From Myxococcales bacterium (GTDB lineage Bacteria; Myxococcota_A; Polyangia; Polyangiales; Polyangiaceae), in assembly GCA_043747615.1 (NCBI GenBank), contig JAYTOU010000003.1:185544-249543 (forward strand): a stretch of DNA of 64,000 nucleotides, written 5' to 3'. The notes beneath the pieces are model-generated. The model did not search any database and was not told the DNA's origin. It saw only the letters and a program-made list of their open reading frames with translations. The translations under genes and the position numbers were made by a program. Of this stretch, positions 10,648-19,556 are shown one piece after another (within the stretch, counting starts at the first letter, position 1; the number at the start of each line of letters is the position of its first letter).

Positions 10648-11409
10648 ATGACGAAGAGCGATCAAGGGAGAGAGGATGCGGGCGAACGGATCGGCCGTTT
10701 CCTTGCCCCCTTGGTTGCCTCCGTCAGTCACGCCCGGCGAGCGCGTATGTTTCATCCCGACGGCCGAACGTTCGTCGCGCGCGTGGAGCCGATCGAAAGC
10801 GAGAGCTCGCTCGCCCGCGTAGGCGTGATCCTCACAGGGTCTGCTATCGCGCGCTTTTCGGGCGCGCTGTGGCGACGGGGATTCGAGCACCTCGACGTCC
10901 TCGGCGTGGCGCTACGCCTGCGAGACGGGCGAATCACCGACGCGGTCGCGTTACCCGGCGATCAAGATCTCCTCTTCGCCACCATTCGCAGTCCGTTCAC
11001 GATGCCTTTTTCACCGTTCACCACAGACGCCCAAAACTTCATGGCGAACCGGTACTGGGCCGTGTCGCCGTTCGATGCGCCAGAGGCAGGCCGAGTGAAG
11101 TTTCGGCTGTCGCCGCTCAGCCGCGCCGCTTCCTCGCGACTTCCCCGCGAAGAGCGGCTGGAGTCGGTAGTGGCGTCCGCCGTGTCGTCATGGACGATCG
11201 AAGCACGTCACACGTTCACCGTCTCGTGGACCGCGATTGCGCGTATGACCTTGGAGGATGTCGCGACGATCGACCAAGCCGCGCTTCGCTTCTCTCCATT
11301 TCATTGCGGTCGAGGGATCGTGCCACGCGGCCTCGTGCACGCCATGCGTCGAGCGACGTACGCTGCAAGCCAGGCCTCGCGCCCGAGCGCCGAGCGCAGT
11401 TACCCCTGA
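10648..11409 (+). CDS. Catalase-like (heme-dependent catalase superfamily) protein
   Basis: RMFHPDG, ARFSGALW, DVLGVALR, QDLLFAT, LRFSPF...GIVPRG pattern of short catalase-related proteins. Confidence 0.55.
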   Translation: MTKSDQGREDAGERIGRFLAPLVASVSHARRARMFHPDGRTFVARVEPIESESSLARVGVILTGSAIARFSGALWRRGFEHLDVLGVALRLRDGRITDAVALPGDQDLLFATIRSPFTMPFSPFTTDAQNFMANRYWAVSPFDAPEAGRVKFRLSPLSRAASSRLPREERLESVVASAVSSWTIEARHTFTVSWTAIARMTLEDVATIDQAALRFSPFHCGRGIVPRGLVHAMRRATYAASQASRPSAERSYP

Positions 11410-11455
11410 CGACTCCTCTTAGAGGTCGCCTAAGGCGCTGGAACCACTTCGACGT

Positions 11456-12478
11456 CTAGCGCTCTTGCGCTACTGAAGGGCCGGGAGCGATCGAGGCCGA
11501 TCGCCAAATGCCTGCGAGCTCGGTGCGTGAGGTCACGTTTAACTTCGTGCGCGCCCGGTGAAGCGACGCCGTCACCGAGGCCAACGAGAGTCCGAGCATG
11601 TAGGCAATTTCTTTGTCCCGATGGCCCATCGCCACGAGGGCGCATGCCCGCCGCTCGCGAGGGGAAAGATCCGCGCGAGGGTCCGTCGGCGGCGCGTTCT
11701 TCATGGCCAAGAGGAACCGTTTGCCGTCGGTGTCGAAGTGGTCGACAAGAGACCAGCGCCCGGCCACGAGCCCCTCCCAGACCTCTAGCGCCTTCGCGAT
11801 GTCGTGCTTGTTTTTCTTCGCCTCGTCGCGCCGCCTCCATCCGTCGTCGAGCGCGCCGCGCTTGTTTTTTGCCGTTTCGGTGGCGTGAATCACTTTGCCG
11901 GTCGGGGACAATACGGCCTCGGCCTCGTCGAGGAGATTGGCGTGATCCGCTCGCCGCAAGCGATCGCCCGCGCCGATGTGCGTCGCGAGCTTCGTCAACA
12001 AGCGACTCTCTTTCGCGCTCAACGCGCCGAGCTCGGCGAGACCAACGCAGGCGCAGAAGCCATCACCGTTCGTGTCTCTCGCCACGAAGCCTAGGGAGTC
12101 GACGATGGGCTCGGGCCAGCAATCCCGCCATCCGGGGGTGAGGGCCAAGTTCGCGCCCAGCCGCGCGACCGTCGCGCACATCGTTCCCTGCGTGCGCCCC
12201 AGCATTCGTTCGGTGAGCTCTCCCGGAGCGCTCATCGTGGCTGCCCACCCGCGGTTGGGAGTCGCGCCTCGTCCCATCGCTACATCGGGCTCGACGCTGC
12301 GGATTTCGAAATTGTCGCGGTCGTAGCCGGACGTGAAATGAAACGCGCCGCCAATCGAGGAGGAGGTGATCGCCAGTAGTGCGTTGAGCACGCGAGTGGC
12401 CCACGGTTCTTTTTCTTCGGTCGTGTCGTAGGACGCGACGATCAGGTCGATCAGCGGTGTCTTATCGAGGTGGAGCAT
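11456..12478 (-). CDS. LuxR-family HTH regulator with long N-terminal sensor region
   Basis: LSPRERRACALVAMGHRDKEIAYMLGLS...HRARTKL HTH; GRWSLVDHFDTDGKRF; ATG 12478 preceded by AAGGA. Confidence 0.85.
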   Translation of the reverse strand: MLHLDKTPLIDLIVASYDTTEEKEPWATRVLNALLAITSSSIGGAFHFTSGYDRDNFEIRSVEPDVAMGRGATPNRGWAATMSAPGELTERMLGRTQGTMCATVARLGANLALTPGWRDCWPEPIVDSLGFVARDTNGDGFCACVGLAELGALSAKESRLLTKLATHIGAGDRLRRADHANLLDEAEAVLSPTGKVIHATETAKNKRGALDDGWRRRDEAKKNKHDIAKALEVWEGLVAGRWSLVDHFDTDGKRFLLAMKNAPPTDPRADLSPRERRACALVAMGHRDKEIAYMLGLSLASVTASLHRARTKLNVTSRTELAGIWRSASIAPGPSVAQER

Positions 12479-12510
12479 TTTCGTTCCTTCGTGCGCCGTG
12501 TCGCCATGCA

Positions 12511-12609
12511 CGTGCGGGTCGCACGGTTGGTGAGCAGCCTCGTCTCCCGCGCGGTAAGCGTGCTCATTCCGTCGAGCCCTACGCACGCGCAGAAGCCGTC
12601 GCCGTTCGC
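12511..12609 (-). pseudogene. Internal fragment of a LuxR paralog
   Basis: Translates ANGDGFCACVGLDGMSTLTARETRLLTNRATRT, versus TNGDGFCACVGLAELGALSAKESRLLTKLATHI in the adjacent gene. It is in a different frame and has an upstream in-frame stop. Confidence 0.75.
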
Positions 12610-12831
12610 GATCGGTTGGTGCGATACGTGGTTGTTTCTTGGCCAACGGGTCCCCCTCCCTCACGCCGTTCCTAAGGGTAATGGGCGCGTGCGCGAGACG
12701 TGAACAGATTCGTTGCGCGCGCTTCTTCGCTCGAGTGGGGCTGATGATCTCGCGGGTTCCGTGCTGGCAAAACCCCGCGTCGCCCACGGTCGGGATAGAA
12801 AAAAAATGACTATGAAAACATGTGGCGGCGG

Positions 12832-12861
12832 CGCGTGACCTCGCCTGACCTCGCGTGACCT
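12832..12861. repeat. 3 x 10-bp tandem repeat CGC(G/C)TGACCT
   Basis: cgcgtgacct-cgcctgacct-cgcgtgacct read directly. Confidence 0.9.
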
Positions 12862-12981
12862 GCGGCTTTACGACGAGTGCGGCTCCCGCGATGGAAGAGA
12901 AATGACCATGGAAACGGACTGAAATTTCGCAGATCTTGCAAGGTCAGGTCCGGGGCGTCCGCGTCAGGAGTGGGAACCGAC

Positions 12982-14190
12982 ATGAACTACCGATCTCACG
13001 ACATTGCACGGAGAGGCGCGTTGACACTCGCCTTGTGCAGCGCGCTCGTTGCTCCGCTCGCGGCGTCGGAAGCGGTCGCCCATGCCGCCGGCAGCGGCGA
13101 TGACAACCTCGCGGCCGCGCTCAAGAAGTTCGATGCCGGTCGCACCGCATTCGACGGTGGCGCGTTCGAGGAGGCTCTCCTTGCGTTCCAAGCAAGCTAC
13201 TCGCTGTCGCCGAGCCCGAACTCGCGCCTGTATATCGCACGCTGCTATCGGGCGCTCGGCAAGGTCGCGAGCGGGTACACGACATATCGTTTCGCCGCCC
13301 GCGAGGCGCAGGACCGGCTCGGTACGACGGGCGAGAAGCGCTACGCAGGAACGCGCGACGCTGCGAATGCCGAGGCCGGCGAGATCGAGGCGAAGGTGCC
13401 GCGCCTCACCATCGTCGTTCCGGGCGGTTTGCCCGCAGGGTTCCTCGTGAAGCGCGATGGCGGAGAGCTCACGAGCGCCGCCTGGGGCGTCGGCGTCGAG
13501 ACGGATCCCGGCACCGTCATCATCGAAGCGAACGGGCCGCGCCTCGTTCCGTTCAAACAGACGGTGGTCCTCGCCGAAGGTCAGCAGCTCCGGGTCGAGG
13601 TGAAGGTGGAGCGCGTTCCCACCGCAACGATCGGTTTTCAATTCAAGACCCGTCCCACCGGCATGGCGATCACGCTCGACGACGCGCCCCTCGATGCAAC
13701 GGGGACGACCGCGCCGCGCGAGGTCGACGTGGGACGGCATGCTGTCGTCGTGAGCGCGCCGGGATACGTGCCGGTGCACTGGCAAAAGACGCTCGCCAAC
13801 GGTGACGCCGCGGTCGTCGGAGTCGAGCTCCAACCCGACGTGCGGGCGAGCAGCCCGAAGGGTTCGGCGAAATGGATCTTCTTCACCGTCGGCGCCGCCG
13901 CCGTCGCGTCACTCGCCGTCGCGTCCGTCGTAGCGATCGACGCGAAATCCAAGGAGAGCGCAGAGCTCGCGAAAGATCCGTTCTCACGCAGCACGAGTAC
14001 GCGCGACTCGATTCGTTCGGAGGCGACGACGGCGAATGTCCTCTTCGTGGCCGGCGGCGTGCTCGGGATCGGCGCGGCTGTTCTCGGCTTTACGACGCAG
14101 TGGAAGGCGGAGAAATCTGGGCCCTCCGTCGGCCTCAATCCTTGGATCGGACCAGCCGGAATGGGACTCGGGGCGCGTGGACGTTTCTAA
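12982..14190 (+). CDS. TPR/PEGA-domain protein
   Basis: Signal peptide; TPR-like FEEALLAFQASYSLSPSPNSRLYIARCYRALG; PEGA-like VDVGRHAVVVSAPGY; C-terminal GLGARGRF. Confidence 0.8.
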   Translation: MNYRSHDIARRGALTLALCSALVAPLAASEAVAHAAGSGDDNLAAALKKFDAGRTAFDGGAFEEALLAFQASYSLSPSPNSRLYIARCYRALGKVASGYTTYRFAAREAQDRLGTTGEKRYAGTRDAANAEAGEIEAKVPRLTIVVPGGLPAGFLVKRDGGELTSAAWGVGVETDPGTVIIEANGPRLVPFKQTVVLAEGQQLRVEVKVERVPTATIGFQFKTRPTGMAITLDDAPLDATGTTAPREVDVGRHAVVVSAPGYVPVHWQKTLANGDAAVVGVELQPDVRASSPKGSAKWIFFTVGAAAVASLAVASVVAIDAKSKESAELAKDPFSRSTSTRDSIRSEATTANVLFVAGGVLGIGAAVLGFTTQWKAEKSGPSVGLNPWIGPAGMGLGARGRF

Positions 14191-15409
14191 CTTCGCGCTC
14201 CGCACCGCTGCGGCGACGATCTCGACTGCGGCGCTACTTGCGTCTGCGTGCACGTTTGCAGGGCTCGGCAACTACGACGTCGAGACGTGCGCGCGCCCGC
14301 GGGGTGTGTCGATGACCGTCCAAAAAGTCGGCGCGGTGAGCGACGTGACCTTCGCGAGCGCGAGCGGCAAGAACGTGATCGGCGCGTTTGCCGCAAACGT
14401 CACCGGCGGCGCATGCATCGAGGCGGTCCGCTCGGGCGTCGCAGGGTCGACGATGGCGAGCGGATTTCTGAATCTGAATTGCTCGTTCCTCGGCGACGAA
14501 ACCAACCTCGTTCCGAGACAGCCGATGGTCGTGCCTCTCAGCGGAGGCTATGCCGCGGCGATCATCGCCACGACGGCTCCGTGCACCGCAGGCGCTCTCA
14601 TCTACCGATTCAACGCGCCGGGTGTGGCGGGAAAAGCCGCCCTGCCCTGCGCCATGAGCGGCGCCGCGCTCCCAGCGATTGCGCCACTTTCCGACGGCTC
14701 GACCGCAATCGTCGCCTGGTATGCGACGAGCCTCGATTCGCGCAGCGACCCGATCGGTTCGTGCACGGGCGCACGCGCGGCTCCTCTCAACGCCAGCGTC
14801 GTTACGTCGGCGAACGGCAGTCCTACGCTGGGAGCGGCGGTCGACCTCGGTGACACCGGCATCTCCGTACGTGCTCCCGCGGTCGCGCCGCTCCCGGGAC
14901 AAGCGCAGGCGATCATCGCTGCTCCACTGGGGAACGACGTTGGCGTCTGGACCATCGGGGTGAGCACGTCACCGGGGCAGCCCATCACGATTCCAGGGCT
15001 CGCGGGCGCCCGCGCTGTCGCGCTCGCGATTGCGTCGGACAACTCGGGACGCATCGCCGTCGTCGCCGAGATTGGCTGTGCGCCGCAGAGCATCGCGCTC
15101 GCGGTAGGCACTCTCGCGGGCGGTTTTTCGAACGTTGCGATCGTTGCGGCGGCGGACGGTGCGCTCGCCGTGGGTCCGTCGGTCGCTTGGATCGACGGTC
15201 AGAATCGCTGGGTCGTCGCGTGGGTCTCGGCGACCGGTGGAGCGCACGTGCTCACGCGCTCGTTCGATGCGACGGGAAGCGCGGTTGGAGCGGTGGTGGA
15301 TCCGGCGATGAGCGCGACGGGTGCCGCGGTGACCTCGGGGGGCGATGTGATCGGGTTCGTGGCGTCGTCGAGCAGCTTCGTCGACACGTCGCTCGGGTGT
15401 GGACAATGA
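14177..15409 (+). CDS. Putative lipoprotein, beta-strand-rich repeats (start uncertain)
   Basis: LLASAC lipobox; repeated P.IA...IVAW / PSVAW...VVAW blades; overlaps both neighbours in an operon. Confidence 0.65.
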   Translation: MDVSNFALRTAAATISTAALLASACTFAGLGNYDVETCARPRGVSMTVQKVGAVSDVTFASASGKNVIGAFAANVTGGACIEAVRSGVAGSTMASGFLNLNCSFLGDETNLVPRQPMVVPLSGGYAAAIIATTAPCTAGALIYRFNAPGVAGKAALPCAMSGAALPAIAPLSDGSTAIVAWYATSLDSRSDPIGSCTGARAAPLNASVVTSANGSPTLGAAVDLGDTGISVRAPAVAPLPGQAQAIIAAPLGNDVGVWTIGVSTSPGQPITIPGLAGARAVALAIASDNSGRIAVVAEIGCAPQSIALAVGTLAGGFSNVAIVAAADGALAVGPSVAWIDGQNRWVVAWVSATGGAHVLTRSFDATGSAVGAVVDPAMSATGAAVTSGGDVIGFVASSSSFVDTSLGCGQ

Positions 15410-15435
15410 GCGCGTACCGCGCAGGGGAGGTTTCC

Positions 15436-17142
15436 ATGAAGAACGTTATTGCCAAAAGAATCTCGATGGGTGCGAGCCTCTGCTTCGGGGTAGGGCTCGC
15501 CCTGGCCGCTTGCTCAGGCAGTAGCGCAGACGTAGGCGTTGGCGACGCGGGCAGTGGCATGGACGGCACGGTCGGCACGGGGGGACCCTGCATGACGGAC
15601 ACGGACTGCGCATCTCAGCTCCCTGGGACCACGCCGCCGAATTGCGCGGTCGGCAAGTGCAACGCGCTTCAAGGTGTCTGCACGTTCGTCGCAAAAGATG
15701 GAGACGGTGACGGGCACGCCACGGCGAGCTGCAAGGCGACGAGTGGAAACATTCAGGCGGGTGACGACTGCGACGACAACGACCCAACTCTGTTTCCCGG
15801 GCACGCTGAATCGTGCAGCGCAAAGGACGATGGCACGGCGATCACCTGGCCGACAGGGACCCCCGTAGGCGCTTGCCACTACGGGCAGAAGAAGTGTCAG
15901 ACCGACGGCACCGTGTCGGCGTGCGTGGGCGCGAAGGCACCGCAAGCGCGCGACTGCTCGTCCGTGCTCGATAACGACTGCGACGGCAAACCAGACAACA
16001 CGGCGGACGCCGTGTGCAGCTGCACTCCCGGACAGACCTACGCCTGTTCTTCGAAAGTAGACGGCACGCCGATCGTTTGGCCAACGGGAGCTTGGCCCGC
16101 GGGCACGCCAGCGCCAGCGTCGCTCTGCCATAAGGGAACGGCGACGTGCGGCGCCGATGGAAGGCTAGAAACGTGTGGCGGTGCGATTCCGCCCGCGGTG
16201 CGGGATTGCGCTTCGCCCAACGACAACGACTGCGACGGGATAGTCGACAATCGTGACGCTACCTGCGAGTGCGCGAGTCAACCCGATGGCGGGGGCGGCG
16301 GCATCGTGCTCGGCTCCACCCGCCAATGCGGAACGCACCCGGGCAAAGATGGCATCGGGGTGTGTCACGCTGGAACGCAGAGCTGCGTAGTCAACCCTGC
16401 CGACACCACGAAGTCCATGTGGAATAACCCGGGTTGCACGGACAGCGTTGGACCGGGAACGGCAATCTGCGCGACCGCAGACCCGACGTTTGATGGAGAT
16501 TGCGACAATCAGAAAGATGTTAACGAATATCAAAGCTGCGGTACCAAGACGGGCACGACGGACGGTCTTTATTGCATGGCCCAGCAGTGCGAGACCATGG
16601 CGTCGACATGTGGAGTCATTCCCGGTCTGAAGAATTACTGTCTGGACCTAGATAACGATGGGTACTGCGGGTCAGGGACGCTCCCAGTCAATTGTGCGAC
16701 GCCGATCTACGACACGACCCACAAGGCGTCATCGCTCGGAGCCGATGCCTGCGACGTTCCTGGGCAAACCGGACACGCTTCGCTTGGTCAAGGATGCGGC
16801 GCGGTCGGCGACTGTTGTCCTGCTGCGGTCGGTGGAGTCACTCTCTCGTGTGGCGCCGGCACGTGCAAAACCTGTGGAAATCTTGGCTCGTCGTGCGCTG
16901 CCGGCAGTACGGGGTGCTGCGCCGGTACAAAATGCAACGGCAGCTCGGTCTGTCAAACCTGTGGAACTGCAGGAGGCAGCTGTTCGGTGGCGACAGACTG
17001 CTGCAACGGGTACACGTGCATCTCGGGGAGCTGTCAGGTCGGAGCAAGCTGCCGTGCGGAGGGCCAATCGTGCACCGTGCTGCTGAAATGTTGCGCGGCC
17101 GCCGGCCTTACCTGCCAAGGCGGGGTCTGCGCGCTCTTCTAA
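15436..17142 (+). CDS. Cys-rich lipoprotein with MopE-like DNDCDG repeats and C-terminal CC-rich modules
   Basis: GGAGG RBS; LAAC lipobox; DGDGDGH..DCDDND; DNDCDG twice plus DGDCDN; C...CC..C tail. Alternative ATG at 15406. Confidence 0.8.
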   Translation: MKNVIAKRISMGASLCFGVGLALAACSGSSADVGVGDAGSGMDGTVGTGGPCMTDTDCASQLPGTTPPNCAVGKCNALQGVCTFVAKDGDGDGHATASCKATSGNIQAGDDCDDNDPTLFPGHAESCSAKDDGTAITWPTGTPVGACHYGQKKCQTDGTVSACVGAKAPQARDCSSVLDNDCDGKPDNTADAVCSCTPGQTYACSSKVDGTPIVWPTGAWPAGTPAPASLCHKGTATCGADGRLETCGGAIPPAVRDCASPNDNDCDGIVDNRDATCECASQPDGGGGGIVLGSTRQCGTHPGKDGIGVCHAGTQSCVVNPADTTKSMWNNPGCTDSVGPGTAICATADPTFDGDCDNQKDVNEYQSCGTKTGTTDGLYCMAQQCETMASTCGVIPGLKNYCLDLDNDGYCGSGTLPVNCATPIYDTTHKASSLGADACDVPGQTGHASLGQGCGAVGDCCPAAVGGVTLSCGAGTCKTCGNLGSSCAAGSTGCCAGTKCNGSSVCQTCGTAGGSCSVATDCCNGYTCISGSCQVGASCRAEGQSCTVLLKCCAAAGLTCQGGVCALF

Positions 17143-17149
17143 GTTAGCC

Positions 17150-18586
17150 ATGATTCCTACCGAAGCGCAGACGATCGCATCCCGGTACAAAGTCCTCCGC
17201 GAGCTCGGTCGCGGAGGGATGGGCGTCGTCTACCTCGTAGAGCACGTTCACACGGGCGATCATCTCGCCCTCAAGCTGCTCCTCGGTGACGCGGCCTTCG
17301 ATGCTGGCGCGGTCGAACGCTTCAAGCGCGAAGCCCGCGCCTCTGCGCGAATCAAGAGCGAAAATGTCGTCAAAGTCGTAGACGCCGACACCGCCCCCGA
17401 GCTCGGCGGTGCGCCGTTCCTCGTCATGGAGCTGCTCAACGGAAACGATCTTCAAAAGCAGCTCGAGCAGCGCGGTCGCTTCTCACCCGCTGACGCGCTG
17501 AAGTACCTGACCGAAGCTGCACGTGCGCTCGACAAGTCGCACGCGATTGGGATCGTGCATCGGGATTTGAAGCCGGAGAACCTCTATCTCCACACCCGTG
17601 AAGATGGGACTACGCTTCTGAAAATTCTCGACTTCGGCATATCGAAGGTAGTCGGCGGCGAAACAGGTAATGACATGACCGGTGCCGGAATGACGAATAC
17701 CGGAACGGTAATGGGCACTCCGCTTTATATGTCACCGGAACAAGCGCGCGGGCGCGTCGCCGAAATCGGCCCCGGGACGGACGTCTGGGCGATGGGGCTC
17801 ATCTCGCTCCAGCTCCTCACCGGCGAGGTCTACTGGCAGGCGAACACCGTCGCCGAGCTCATGTCGCAGATCCTCTCCGAGCCGCTCTACCCGCCCACCG
17901 GGCGATGGCCGTGGCTTCCCTCGGCGATGGATGCGTGGTTCGCACGGTCGTGCGCGCGCGAGCACACACTGCGTTTCGCGCATGTCGGCGAGCAGATCGA
18001 CGCGCTCGGTGAAGCGCTCGGCCTTCGTAAAGCCGCCGCGCCGATTCCGCAGTCATCGGTCTCGGCCCTCGCGGCAACCGCGTCGCAGGGTGATGCCTCG
18101 GGGAACGTGTACGCGGCGACTCCGGCGCAAGCCGCGCAAATACTCGGAGTTCACACGACGACGGGCGCGGTCGCTCGAGATGGCGCTCCGCGAAAAGCGC
18201 GCAGCCGTTCGGTCGTCGCTGCGGGGATCGGCATTATCGTTCTCGCAGCGGCGGGGACTGGAGCTGCGTGGATCGTGCGTGCGCAGATGCATGCGGCTCC
18301 AGGATCGGTGAGCGCAGCCTCGGTTGCGAACGCATCGTCGCTACCAGAGATCACTGCTTCGTCCCCCCCGGCTCCGATCGAAGTGCCCTTGGCGCGGTCA
18401 GTGGATGCGGGCGTATCTCCGAGTGCCGTCCCGGCGCCACCCAGATCCGCAGCCGCGGTAAACCCAAAGCCGGGTACGCGCCTGCCCGCTGCCCACAAGC
18501 CGCCCGCGCCAAACGCCGAAGCGCCGTCCTCAAACGAAGTCCCCGCGTCCGGTCCAAAGAAGCCGTTCGCACCCGCGGGTCTCTGA
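17150..18586 (+). CDS. Hanks-type Ser/Thr protein kinase with TM segment
   Basis: LGRGGMGVV, ALK, HRDLKPEN, DFG, GTPLYMSPEQ, DVWAMG; TM helix and Pro-rich tail. Confidence 0.95.
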   Translation: MIPTEAQTIASRYKVLRELGRGGMGVVYLVEHVHTGDHLALKLLLGDAAFDAGAVERFKREARASARIKSENVVKVVDADTAPELGGAPFLVMELLNGNDLQKQLEQRGRFSPADALKYLTEAARALDKSHAIGIVHRDLKPENLYLHTREDGTTLLKILDFGISKVVGGETGNDMTGAGMTNTGTVMGTPLYMSPEQARGRVAEIGPGTDVWAMGLISLQLLTGEVYWQANTVAELMSQILSEPLYPPTGRWPWLPSAMDAWFARSCAREHTLRFAHVGEQIDALGEALGLRKAAAPIPQSSVSALAATASQGDASGNVYAATPAQAAQILGVHTTTGAVARDGAPRKARSRSVVAAGIGIIVLAAAGTGAAWIVRAQMHAAPGSVSAASVANASSLPEITASSPPAPIEVPLARSVDAGVSPSAVPAPPRSAAAVNPKPGTRLPAAHKPPAPNAEAPSSNEVPASGPKKPFAPAGL

Positions 18587-18722
18587 TCCAAATTGCTCGA
18601 GAACCATGCTGGTCTTTGCTCGCGCTACGCTCATGTCACGGATCGCGCGGCACCCTGCAGCGAGAACGATTCATCCCTGCGATCTGCCTGAAATCAAGAA
18701 CAAGCGAGGCGGGTCGCGGAGC

Positions 18723-19430
18723 TCAGGTCGGCGCGGCAGACTTCCTGCGCAACCGGCTTAAATGCTCGGGGGTGATGCGCAAGTACGAGGCGATCTGGTA
18801 CTGCTTCGCAGCCTGCACGATCCATGGTTCGTGACGCCGCAGATGAGCGTAGTGGATCGCCGGAGACATCGTCGCGAAGCGGAATTCACGCTCGAGCACG
18901 ATGCGCTGAGACGCGGCGACCGCGTTACGAATCGCGAGCGCGACGTCGTCGCTTTGGGCGCACAAGGCTTCGACGTCGGCCCAATCGATGGCCAGCAGCT
19001 CGCAATCGGTCACGGCGGCCAGGTTGACGCTGGCGATGGGGGCGTCGAACGCGTTGGCAATCACCGCGCCTTCCTGAGCAAAACAGCGCGTGACGTCGCG
19101 CCCGTCTTCGCATTCGTAAAGCTCGCGCACGATCCCCGAGACCACGAACGAGGCTTGCGGCGCGCGGCCGGGCCCGAGAAGCTTCTCCTCGGCGCGGAGG
19201 GCGACTGCGCGGCATTTCGCTCTCAGCAAAGCGGCGCCTTCTGCCGACAGCCCGCCAAGCGCAGCCCGGGCGGCGAGAATAATTTGTTCGCGACGTGTTG
19301 GCGCTCCCGCACGGGAGTTCCATTCAAGCGACGGGTCGCGCTTCGCCCTCATCCAGAAGGTTTGCTCCGCATCAGCCGCGGGAGCTTGCCGCTTCGACGC
19401 GCGGATCGCAACCGCGTTATCCGTTCGCAC
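18723..19430 (-). CDS. Crp/Fnr-family transcriptional regulator (start uncertain)
   Basis: FVVSGIVRELY...DG..TRCF cNMP-like barrel; QYQIASYLRITPEHLSRLR HTH. Confidence 0.8.
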   Translation of the reverse strand: MRTDNAVAIRASKRQAPAADAEQTFWMRAKRDPSLEWNSRAGAPTRREQIILAARAALGGLSAEGAALLRAKCRAVALRAEEKLLGPGRAPQASFVVSGIVRELYECEDGRDVTRCFAQEGAVIANAFDAPIASVNLAAVTDCELLAIDWADVEALCAQSDDVALAIRNAVAASQRIVLEREFRFATMSPAIHYAHLRRHEPWIVQAAKQYQIASYLRITPEHLSRLRRKSAAPT

Positions 19431-19556
19431 CGTGCATTTCAGTTAGCAATGCGAGTCGCTTCGGATACGTCGAGCGGCACCTTGTCCAGAGTGGCTTTCC
19501 GCACTTCGTCTTCCTCAAGACCCGGGTGCGTCAGGTGATGAGCGCGCCGCGGCGTC

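Noticed and set aside
12479..12787. 103-aa N-terminal extension of the LuxR ORF in the ORF track
   Set aside because: The paralog aligns from Met 12478, which has an RBS. The extension crosses a pseudogene fragment in another frame.
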